From Myxococcota bacterium (GTDB lineage: Bacteria; Myxococcota_A; Polyangia; Polyangiales; Sandaracinaceae), in contig JAYZQJ010000154.1 of assembly GCA_036149055.1 (NCBI GenBank), positions 1 to 23,314 of the forward strand: a stretch of DNA of 23,314 nt. Reading direction: 5' to 3'. A program made the position numbers and the translations under genes. The notes beneath the pieces were generated by a model. It ran no database searches. It was not told the origin of the DNA and was given only the letters and a program-made list of their open reading frames with translations. Of the stretch, positions 1-7,568 are shown piece after piece (position 1 is the first letter of the stretch; each line of letters opens with the position of its first letter).

Positions 1-2
1 CT

Positions 3-287
3 CTCACCTCGCCGCGCTCGGTGCGCAACGCGATCGCGTACACGCTGGGGAACGCCAAGCGTCACGGCCTGATGCCGCGGGCGCGCACCTGGGTGGACCC
101 GCTGAGCAGCGGCTTCTTCTTCGACGGCTGGTCCCGTGCCATCCGCACCACGCTCTCGATGCTTCCGTCCCGCGACTCTCCCGCTGAGCCACCGCAGACC
201 TGGCTGCTCTCGATCGGGTGGCGCCGGGCCGGAGGCGCGATCGATCCCGGCAAGCGCCCAGGCCCCGCGGAGCGCCACGCAGCCTGA
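3..287 (+). CDS. C-terminal part of a REP-associated tyrosine transposase (RAYT-like, Y1/HUH family); 5' end lies outside the window
   Basis: Frame is open from position 3: LTSPRSVRNAIAYTLGNAKRHG...VDPLSSGFFFDGW...PPQTWLLSIGWRRAG.IDP.K.PG. The Y-x-x-x-N-x-x-R-H-G helix followed by D-P-x-S-S resembles the catalytic-Tyr region of Y1 transposases/RAYTs, and the GW...TWLL..GW tail resembles myxobacterial members (recalled, not searched). It is followed by a REP-like array. Confidence 0.75.
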   Translation, partial: LTSPRSVRNAIAYTLGNAKRHGLMPRARTWVDPLSSGFFFDGWSRAIRTTLSMLPSRDSPAEPPQTWLLSIGWRRAGGAIDPGKRPGPAERHAA

Positions 288-600
288 GCTGCCGAGCCTG
301 GAACGGCTCGATGATCGAGCTGGCCGGCCCAGCGCCGCGAAGCGCCTGCTCCATCCCCGCCGGACTGTCCAGCTGCGCCACCGTCTCCGGGCCAGCGCAG
401 CGCGCGTATCGACGCGGAGCTCGAAGCCGGGCGTGTGTCGACGACCCGGCGTGGGTTGCACGGCAGGAGTGGCCGAGGACGCCCACCATGAGGGCTCGGA
501 GTCGCGGCGTCCGGCGGCTCCACGTCGTCGCGCGGGGCGGCGGTCCGTGGGGGCTCGAGGGCGCGCTGGGCTCGACGGCGACCGCGGGGCTCATGGAGCC

Positions 601-2218
601 GCATTTGATTCAGCAGAGATGCCGCCGTGAGGTGCCGCCCCCGGGAGTGTCAGCGCGATGACCCGGCGCGTCCCTCGTCCGGCGACTCGAGACCGATGCG
701 GCGAACGGCCGGCGCGAGGGCCGGTCAGCGGGGCCCCGACGGGGCGGCCGAGTCGCACCGCGCGCTCGATTCGGCAGAGATGCATCCGCGGGCGTCCGTG
801 GGTGAGGCCTCCCTTTCCCGGCGCGCGCGTTTCCGGACCGGCGTCCCAGCGGCCCGGCTGCCGGGGCCGCCCCGTTGCCGCTGGGGGGGCGGAGGTTCGG
901 CCCCTCCGCGCATGAACTCGATCGGGTAGGTTCGGAGAAGCCCCGAGCGGCGCGCGGGATCTCTGCCGTGGCCATAGAGTGCGCGCTCGATTCGGCGGAG
1001 ATCCGCGCCGAGATCCAGGCGTGACTAGACCGGTCATGGAGCCAGGCCGGTCGGTTCCGCCGCGGCCGACGCGTTCTCTGCCGAATCGAGTGCGACAGCC
1101 GCCCCGCTGGCGCGGCGTCTGCGCTCAGCGTGGTCGATTCACGGAGCTCCCTCCGCGCTCATTCCCTGGAGCGGGGGCTGTCGAGCAGCGCCCCGCGGAG
1201 CTCCGCCGTCGCGCTAGATTCGGCGGAGATGTGTGGGCCGGAGGGCAGCCGAAAGGGGACGGAGGCCGACCGGTCGACCGCCACGTCGATCGAGGCCACG
1301 GCGTGGGGCGGGCGACACCGTCTCACCCGCGTCGAGGAGTTCCTGTGGCGTCCTCGAATCGGCGGACATTGGCGCCCGGGCGTGACTGGACTGGTCACGT
1401 GAGCCGTGCGGTCGGCGCGCCATGACGGCGCCGGTTGCTACCATCCCTACCGATTCGAGTGTCTGGCGGAGCCTCCCGCGCGGGGCGCCCCTCCGGAGCC
1501 GTCGGGCCTGCCGTCATCTCTGCCGATTCGAGCACGTCGACGCGGGCGAGGTCGATTTGGCAGAGTTCCCGTCCCCCGGCTGGAGCGGCGGGACCGCCGT
1601 CGAGCATCTCGGCCGGTGCGACGGGCCCGTCGGCTGCGCTCGATGCGGCAGACCTCGGCTGCGCGCGCGCCCGACGGTCCTGTACGTCGCGCTCGATTCG
1701 GCAGAGATGCGTGCGCGGGACCCTCGAGCCTGGGCTGCGGCAGGGGGATGGAGGTTGGTCGTTGACCATCGCGTAGATCGAGGCCGCGCCGCCGGGCGGC
1801 CGAGCCGGTCCTGGCTGGCGTTCTCGAATCGGCGGACATCCGCTGGACCGGTCACGTGAGCACGCCGGCCGATCGCGCCATGGCCACGCCGGGAGCTGTC
1901 GGGGCCTGCCATCATTCTGCCGATTCGAGCGCGTCGACGCGGGCGACGTCGATTGGGCAGAGTTGCCGCCGAGAGCGGAGCGGCGGGACCGCCGGCGAGC
2001 ATCTCGGCCGGTGCGACGGGCTCGTCGGTTGCGCTCGACAGCGTAAGGCCGGACGGGCGCGCTCGATTCGGCAGAGATGCGTGGGCGGGACCCTCGAGCC
2101 TGGGGAGGCCGGCCGTCGACATCGCGTCGTCGCGCCGTGGGCGGGCGATGGGTTCTCGAAGCGGCGGACATCGGCGTCCGGGCCGAGCCGCCAGACGGGC
2201 CTCGATTCGGCAGAGATG
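601..2218. repeat. Array of REP-like ~20-bp repeats, consensus CGCGCTCGA(T/A)TCGGC(A/G)GAGATG, in both orientations
   Basis: Plus-strand copies at 601-621, 761-783, 982-1002, 1210-1231, 1688-1710, 2058-2080, 2201-2218. Variant CTCGAA(T/G)CGGCGGACAT at 1353-1369, 1823-1839, 2155-2171. Degenerate plus copies at ~1552, ~1636, ~1949. Minus-strand copies at 1075-1094, 1515-1533, 1913-1933 and partial 957-968. No credible protein ORF in the interval. Confidence 0.85.
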
Positions 2219-2342
2219 GCCGTGCGCCTGGGCCCGGAACCCTCGAACGTCGCCGTAGGCACCGAAACCACTTGGATCGCCTTCGCGAAGGTCTCCGAGC
2301 TGATCGTGGGCGCCGAGCGAGGGACGCCTGCTAGGCTTCGGC

Positions 2343-3245
2343 GTGATCCGCGCCTGGCTGCAGGCGGCGCGCCCGCTCGCGCACGCCAACATCGCGCCGC
2401 CGATCCTGGTCGGGATCGCGCTCGCCGCGGCCCATGGCGTCACGCTCGATCCGTGGCTCGCCGCGCTCGCGTTCGGGTTCGGGGTCCTCGACCACCTGTA
2501 CATCGTCTTCGCCAACGACCACGCTGACCGGGCGGCCGACGCGCTCCACGAGGCGCCGACCGTGTTCAGCGGGGGCTCGCGCGTGATCCCCGAGGGGGTG
2601 CTCGACGCGGGGCAGCTGAAGCGCGCGGCGGTCGGCGCCGGCGTGGCGCTCGCCCTGTTCTCGGTCGGGGTCGCGGTGGTCTTCGACCGGCCGTGGCTGC
2701 CGGCGCTGGCGGCGGCCGCGCTCGTGCTCCTGCACGCCTACAGCTACCCGCCCCTGAAGCTCTCGTACCGCGGCTTCGGCGAGATCCTGCAGGGGCTCGG
2801 CGTGGGCCTGGTGCTGCCGCTCGTCGGCTTCTATCTCCAGTCCGGCTCGATCGCGGTCGCGCCGTGGGAGGCGTTCGCGCCGCTGGTGATGATGGCCTAC
2901 GTGTCCAACATCCTCACCGCGCTGCCCGACGTCGCCGCTGACCGCGCGGCCGACAAGAAGACGTGGCCCGTGCGGCGCGGCGAGGCCCGGGCTCGGCGCG
3001 ACGTGCTGGTGCTGATCGGGGTCGCGCTGCTCCTGGCGAGTCAGGTCGGTCCGGAGCTGCCGGTGGAGCTGCGGGCCGCGACGCTGGGGCCGCCCGCGCT
3101 CGCCGCGCTGCTCGCGATGCGCTGGCTGAACCGGGCCGACGCCGCCCACCGCGCCGATCTCCTCCGGTTCGTCGGCTTCGGGCTCGCCGCGATCGGGCTG
3201 TTCCAGATCGGCTGGGCGCTGGCTCTGCTCAGCCTGAGCTCATAG
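2343..3245 (+). CDS. menA: UbiA-family prenyltransferase, MenA-like (1,4-dihydroxy-2-naphthoate polyprenyltransferase-like)
   Basis: Hydrophobic multi-TM protein starting W-x-x-A-A-R-P. Asp-rich motifs NDHADRAAD and DVAADRAADKKTW, plus FSGGSR and AYSYPPLKLSYRGFGE, all typical of MenA/UBIAD1-like enzymes. Substrate not established. Confidence 0.8.
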   Translation: MIRAWLQAARPLAHANIAPPILVGIALAAAHGVTLDPWLAALAFGFGVLDHLYIVFANDHADRAADALHEAPTVFSGGSRVIPEGVLDAGQLKRAAVGAGVALALFSVGVAVVFDRPWLPALAAAALVLLHAYSYPPLKLSYRGFGEILQGLGVGLVLPLVGFYLQSGSIAVAPWEAFAPLVMMAYVSNILTALPDVAADRAADKKTWPVRRGEARARRDVLVLIGVALLLASQVGPELPVELRAATLGPPALAALLAMRWLNRADAAHRADLLRFVGFGLAAIGLFQIGWALALLSLSS

Positions 3246-3962
3246 GCGCAGCGCGCGGGCCCGCTCCTCCCGCGCCCGGGCGAACGGGCGATCCCAGACC
3301 GCGTCCGGGAGGAGGCGCCAGGTCGGGACCGGGATGAGGCCGCGGGCGGCGAGGTCGCGGTAGAGCGCCGACTCGGCGTCCGGGTCGCGCGAGAAGGGGA
3401 AGGGGTTGCGCGCCTCGGGGCCCGGCAGCCGCGGGTACTTGGCGTCGTCTTCGTCGATCAGCGCGAGCAGCTCGTGGCCGCGCGCGTGCACCGACCGCAG
3501 GAAGGAGAGCGCGAACGGGCCGACGTCGGCGCGGGCCTCCGGGTCGCGGCTCACCCACTTCGCCCAGTCGAAGCCGTAGACGAAGTCGTGCACGTAGCGG
3601 AAGCGGATCGTCGTCTGCTGCCCGAAGAGCCCGTGCAGCGCCACGATCTCGTGCATCGAGGCCGCGAGGTGCCCCCGGGCGTCGCCCGTCGCCTGGGCCT
3701 CGCGCAGCAGCTCCCCGAACACGCCGTCGAGATCCCAGAAGAGGTTGTCGGGGAAGTGCTCGGCGACCGCGTGGGCGACGCGCACCATCCCGTCGGCGAG
3801 CTCGGGGGCCAGCGCGCCCGCGTCGGGCAGCAGCCGCTCGCCGAGGCTCCGGAGCGTGGTCGCCGCGTCGCGCTCGGGCGCCAGGCTGTGGCGCAGCACG
3901 CGGGCGCGCTCCAGCTGCGCGTCGCAGCGGGCGAGGCGCTCCAGCGGGGAGTCGGCGCTCAA
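3240..3962 (-). CDS. Conserved hypothetical protein (~240 aa)
   Basis: Protein-like part of ORF 3240..4190 with aromatic/acidic motifs HFPDNLFWDLD, IRFRYVHDFVYGFDWAKWV, RNPFPFSR. Likely TTG start at 3962 overlaps the TGA of the upstream gene (TTGA); alternative GTG starts at 3974 and 3983. Confidence 0.75.
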   Translation of the reverse strand: MSADSPLERLARCDAQLERARVLRHSLAPERDAATTLRSLGERLLPDAGALAPELADGMVRVAHAVAEHFPDNLFWDLDGVFGELLREAQATGDARGHLAASMHEIVALHGLFGQQTTIRFRYVHDFVYGFDWAKWVSRDPEARADVGPFALSFLRSVHARGHELLALIDEDDAKYPRLPGPEARNPFPFSRDPDAESALYRDLAARGLIPVPTWRLLPDAVWDRPFARAREERARALRL

Positions 3963-4888
3963 GGCTTCGGCCACAGGTTCCACCCTACGAGGAGCATGGA
4001 GGCGAGGGCCGCGCCGCGCCAGATCGCGTGGTGGAGCGCGGCCTTGTAGTGCTTCTGCGCGGCGAAGGCGTCGGTGCGCGCGGCGCCGCTCCGCGCGATC
4101 AGGGCGCCGACCCAGCCGAGCGCGAGGAGCGCGGCCGGGGCGCCGACGAAGAGCGGCACCGCCGGGTCGAAGAGGCCGGAGAGCGCCCACGCGGAGGCCC
4201 CGACGAAGGCGAGCGCCTCGACCGCGCGTCGGCCGGCGAGGTTGCCGAACGCGGTGACGAAGGTGCGCTTGCCGCCGCGTCGATCGGAGCGCTCGTCGGC
4301 GAGCCCGCTCGCGATCGCGCTCGCGAGGCCCATCGCCGCGAAGCCGAAGAGCAGGCTCGATCCCGGCGGCGTCAGATCGCCGCCCTGGAGGTACGCCTGG
4401 AGGCAGGGCAGGGCGAGGCCGACGCCGAACATCTCGAGCAGCTCCCCGCCGCCGCGGTAGTTAAGGCGCAGGGGGGGCAGGGAGTAGGCGGCGAAGAGCG
4501 CCAGGCAGCCGAGCGCGCCCGGGCCGAGCCAGGGGCGATCGAGCCAGGCGCCGCCGACGAAGCCGAGCGCCGTCGCGAGCGCGCCCGCGCCGAGGCCGGC
4601 GAAGAGCAGGTGGTGGGCCGGGAGGATGCCGTCGGGGATCGTCTTCGGGCTGCAGCCGTCCGGGAACATGCGGCGCTTGATCGCGTCGACCTCCCGATCG
4701 CCCCAGTCGTTCAAGAAGACGATGAAGAGGAGGTCGAGCACGGTGAAGGCGGCGCCGATGGCGAGCGCCTCGAGGCTCAGGCCGTTCCAGGTGCCGAGCG
4801 CCTGCCCGAGCACGAACGGCACGAGCAGCTTGGGCCAGCTCGCCGGCTTGGCCGCGTGGATCCAGCGTCGGGCGTAGGTCTCGGGCAC
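3959..4888 (-). CDS. Second UbiA-family prenyltransferase, MenA-like paralogue
   Basis: Multi-TM protein with WIHAAKP, NDWGDREVD, AYSLPPLRLNYRGGGELLE and DERSDRRGGKRTF. A GAGGAG SD-like sequence overlaps the stop codon of the upstream kinase. Confidence 0.8.
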   Translation of the reverse strand: MPETYARRWIHAAKPASWPKLLVPFVLGQALGTWNGLSLEALAIGAAFTVLDLLFIVFLNDWGDREVDAIKRRMFPDGCSPKTIPDGILPAHHLLFAGLGAGALATALGFVGGAWLDRPWLGPGALGCLALFAAYSLPPLRLNYRGGGELLEMFGVGLALPCLQAYLQGGDLTPPGSSLLFGFAAMGLASAIASGLADERSDRRGGKRTFVTAFGNLAGRRAVEALAFVGASAWALSGLFDPAVPLFVGAPAALLALGWVGALIARSGAARTDAFAAQKHYKAALHHAIWRGAALASMLLVGWNLWPKP

Positions 4889-4895
4889 GGGCTCC

Positions 4896-6332
4896 TCACA
4901 GGGCGCCCGTCCGATATAGGTGCACGAGCACGTAGGCGGCAGCGCTCGCGACCACGAAGGCGAGGAAACCGAACATCACGATGGCCATGACCACGCCGCG
5001 GCGGGGCTTCGGGGGCGGGCTCGAGGCGGCCACCGGGGAGGCGACGTCGGCGATCGAGATGTCGGGCAGGCTGCCGGGCGCCGACTCGGTCATCAGCCGG
5101 GTCTGAGCGAGCGGCGCCTTCGGGGCGGCGGGCGCGCTCGCCACCGGGTGGCCGAGGGGGGAGGGGCGATCGTGCTGGCTGACGTGGGTCGGGTCCGTGG
5201 TCTGCCACCCCGGCGGCGCGGCGCCCGGCTGGCTGACCCGGCTCGGGTCGGTCGCCTTCCAGAGATGCGAGGTGTCGGCGCTCGAGACCGGCGGCGTCGC
5301 CGGCGTGGGGTTGGCGGTCCGGGTGCGCTCGAACGAGTCGGCGGGCGCGACCTCCGGGTAGGCGGGCGCGGGCTCCACCGGGACCGCGCCGGTGCGACTC
5401 GGGAACGAGAGGTGGAGCGACTGGCTCAGGGACTCGCTGAGCCCGCGGACCACCTCGCCGAGGTGCCGCGAGACGGTCGGCGGCGGCGAGACGGACGAGA
5501 GCGCCTCGAGCAGGGCGCCGGCGGTCTGGAAGCGCTGCTCCGGATCGGGGTGCAGGAGGTGCTCGACGATCGAGGCGAGCGACTCCGGCGCGTCGGGGCG
5601 GAGCGCCTGGATCGGCGTGAACGCGCCGCCCTGGATCCGCTGCAGGGTGTCCAGATCCGTCACGCCTTCGAAGGGCCGCTGCCCGGTGAGCGACTCGTAG
5701 AGCAGCACGCCGAGCGAGAAGAGATCCGAGCGGGCGTCGAAGATCCCGTGGCGGGCGTACTCCGCCGCCATGTACGGGACCTTGCCCCGCACCACGCCCG
5801 ACTCGGTGCGACGCTTGGTGCCGAGCACGCGGGCGATGCCGAAGTCGGTCAGATAGACCTCGCCGGCCCGGCTGCAGAGGACGTTGGAGGGCGAGATGTC
5901 GCGGTGCACGACCGCCTCGCGCCCCCGGCCCGGCGTGTGCGCGAAGTCGAGCGCGTTGGCCAGCTCCACGCCGACGTGGGCGACGAGGTCCACGTCGAGC
6001 CGCGAGCCCTGGTCCCGCTGACGGCGCAGCAGGGTGCGCAGGTCCATTCCGTCGACGAGCTCGAGCGCGAGGTAGTGCGAGCCGTCCACCTCCCCGAAGT
6101 CGACGACCTGGGTGATGTTCGCGTGGCGCAGCCGGGCCGCGAGGCGCGCCTCCTCCATGAACTGCGCGACGAACTGCGGGTCGGCCTCGAAGGCCGGGAG
6201 GATGCGCTTCACGCAGACCTGCTGCTCGAACCCCGCCGGCCCGCGACGCACGGCGAGGAACGTCTCGGCCATGCCGCCCGCGCCGAGCCGGCGAGCCAGC
6301 TCGTACGGACCGAAGCGAACGGGTGCGCTCAT
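4896..6332 (-). CDS. Hanks-type Ser/Thr protein kinase with Pro/Thr-rich linker and C-terminal TM helix
   Basis: Start MSAPVRFGPYEL at 6332. Motifs LGAGGMAETF, VCVKRI, HANITQV, HRDISPSNV, DFGIA, GKVPYMAAE, SDLFSLG. C-terminal hydrophobic stretch VVMAIVMFGFLAFVVASAAAYVLV. Confidence 0.93.
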   Translation of the reverse strand: MSAPVRFGPYELARRLGAGGMAETFLAVRRGPAGFEQQVCVKRILPAFEADPQFVAQFMEEARLAARLRHANITQVVDFGEVDGSHYLALELVDGMDLRTLLRRQRDQGSRLDVDLVAHVGVELANALDFAHTPGRGREAVVHRDISPSNVLCSRAGEVYLTDFGIARVLGTKRRTESGVVRGKVPYMAAEYARHGIFDARSDLFSLGVLLYESLTGQRPFEGVTDLDTLQRIQGGAFTPIQALRPDAPESLASIVEHLLHPDPEQRFQTAGALLEALSSVSPPPTVSRHLGEVVRGLSESLSQSLHLSFPSRTGAVPVEPAPAYPEVAPADSFERTRTANPTPATPPVSSADTSHLWKATDPSRVSQPGAAPPGWQTTDPTHVSQHDRPSPLGHPVASAPAAPKAPLAQTRLMTESAPGSLPDISIADVASPVAASSPPPKPRRGVVMAIVMFGFLAFVVASAAAYVLVHLYRTGAL

Positions 6333-6383
6333 GGCGTGCCGAGAGTAGCGCAACCGGTCGGGCGCGCCGTAGATTGCGCCCCG
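6333..6383. promoter_or_regulatory. 51-bp divergent promoter region with two back-to-back -10-like boxes
   Basis: TAGATT (6370-6375, +) lies 8 nt before ATG 6384. TACTCT (6347-6342, -) lies 9 nt before ATG 6332. No SD motif on either side. Confidence 0.5.
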
Positions 6384-7568
6384 ATGAAGGACGCTCGCTT
6401 CGACACACGCGCGGTGCACGCCGGGGACGCGCCGGACCCTCACACCGGGGCGCTCGACCCGCCCGTCGTGCTCGCGAGCGCCTACGCCTTCGACGACGCC
6501 GCCGACGCGGCCGCGCAATTCGAGGGCACCCGCCCGGGCCACATCTACACGCGCTGGCGCAACCCGACGGTGCGCGCGTTCGAGCAGAAGGTCGCCGCGC
6601 TCGAGGGGGCCGAGGACTGCGTGGCGCTCGCGAGCGGCATGGCCGCCGTCCACGCGGCGCTCCTGGCGACGCTGAGCGCGGGCGATCACGTGGTGGCCGC
6701 CGAGAGCCTCTACGCCGAGACCGGGCGGCTCCTGCGCGGCACGCTCGCGCGCTTCGGCGTGGTGACCACCTTCGTCGACGCCACCGACCCGGCGGCGATC
6801 GAGGCGGCGCTGCGGGACGAAGCGCGGGTGGTCTACCTCGAGACGCCAGCGAACCCGACCCTCGCGATCACCGACGTGGCCGAGGTCGCGCGCCGCTGCG
6901 GCGGGCGGACGATCATCGTCGACTCCACCTTCGCCACGCCCTACCACCAGACCCTGCTCGACCGCGGCGCGCACCTCGTCGTGCACTCGGCCACCAAGGG
7001 CCTCTGCGGTCACGGTGACGCGGTCGGGGGCGTGGTGGTCGGCGACGCCGAGCGCGTTCGCCGGGTGCGGGAGGAGGGCGTGCGCACCGCGGGGGGCGCG
7101 CTGTCCCCGCTCAACGCGATGCTGCTCGCGCGCGGCGTGCGCACCCTGAGCGTGCGCATGGAGCGCGCGTCCCGGAGCGCGGCGGAGCTCGCCCGCCGGC
7201 TGCAGGGCGACCCGCGGGTGGCGCGCGTGCACTACCCGGGGCTGACGGATCACCCGGGACACGCGATCGCGGCGGATCAGATGCGAAACGGCTTCGGCGC
7301 GCTGCTCGCGTTCGAGGTGGAGGGCGGCCGCGCGGCCGGCGCGCGCTGCTACGACGCGGTCGAGCTCGTCAGCCGGGCGGTGAGCCTCGGCGACGTGCGG
7401 ACCCTGATGACGCACGCCGCGAGCACCACGCACGCCTCGTGGACGGCCGAGCAGCGCGCGACGGCGGGCATCGCCGACGGCCTGATGCGGCTGAGCGTGG
7501 GCATCGAGGACGTGGAGGATCTCTGGGCCGACCTCGACCGCGCGCTCAGCTCTGCATCATCCGGTTGA
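6384..7568 (+). CDS. PLP-dependent trans-sulfuration enzyme (Cys/Met metabolism family: methionine gamma-lyase / cystathionine gamma-synthase / O-acylhomoserine sulfhydrylase-like)
   Basis: Start MKDARFDTRAVHAG. Motifs YTRWRNPT, ASGMAA, YLETPANPT, VDSTFATP, HSATKGLCGHGD (PLP lysine), AVSLGD, RLSVGIED. 394 aa. Confidence 0.92.
   Translation: MKDARFDTRAVHAGDAPDPHTGALDPPVVLASAYAFDDAADAAAQFEGTRPGHIYTRWRNPTVRAFEQKVAALEGAEDCVALASGMAAVHAALLATLSAGDHVVAAESLYAETGRLLRGTLARFGVVTTFVDATDPAAIEAALRDEARVVYLETPANPTLAITDVAEVARRCGGRTIIVDSTFATPYHQTLLDRGAHLVVHSATKGLCGHGDAVGGVVVGDAERVRRVREEGVRTAGGALSPLNAMLLARGVRTLSVRMERASRSAAELARRLQGDPRVARVHYPGLTDHPGHAIAADQMRNGFGALLAFEVEGGRAAGARCYDAVELVSRAVSLGDVRTLMTHAASTTHASWTAEQRATAGIADGLMRLSVGIEDVEDLWADLDRALSSASSG

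Noticed and set aside
601..2218. CRISPR array interpretation of the repeated ~20-bp motif
   Set aside because: Copies occur in both orientations, are degenerate and irregularly spaced (tens to >200 bp), some intervening segments are duplicated, and no cas gene is in the window.
288..2340. The many overlapping ORFs in the repeat region (recurring ALDSAEM / ISAESSA / HLCRIE peptides)
   Set aside because: The peptides are just translations of the DNA repeat in different frames. The ORFs are Arg/Pro/Ala-rich with no consistent frame or recognisable domain.
4896..7568. Apparent 845-aa kinase and 882-aa PLP-enzyme ORFs overlapping each other
   Set aside because: The N-terminal extensions are antisense read-through of the divergent partner gene. 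The real starts are at 6332 and 6384. The same applies to the extended ORFs 10270..13236, 9929..11197, 13979..15586 and 17276..19195.
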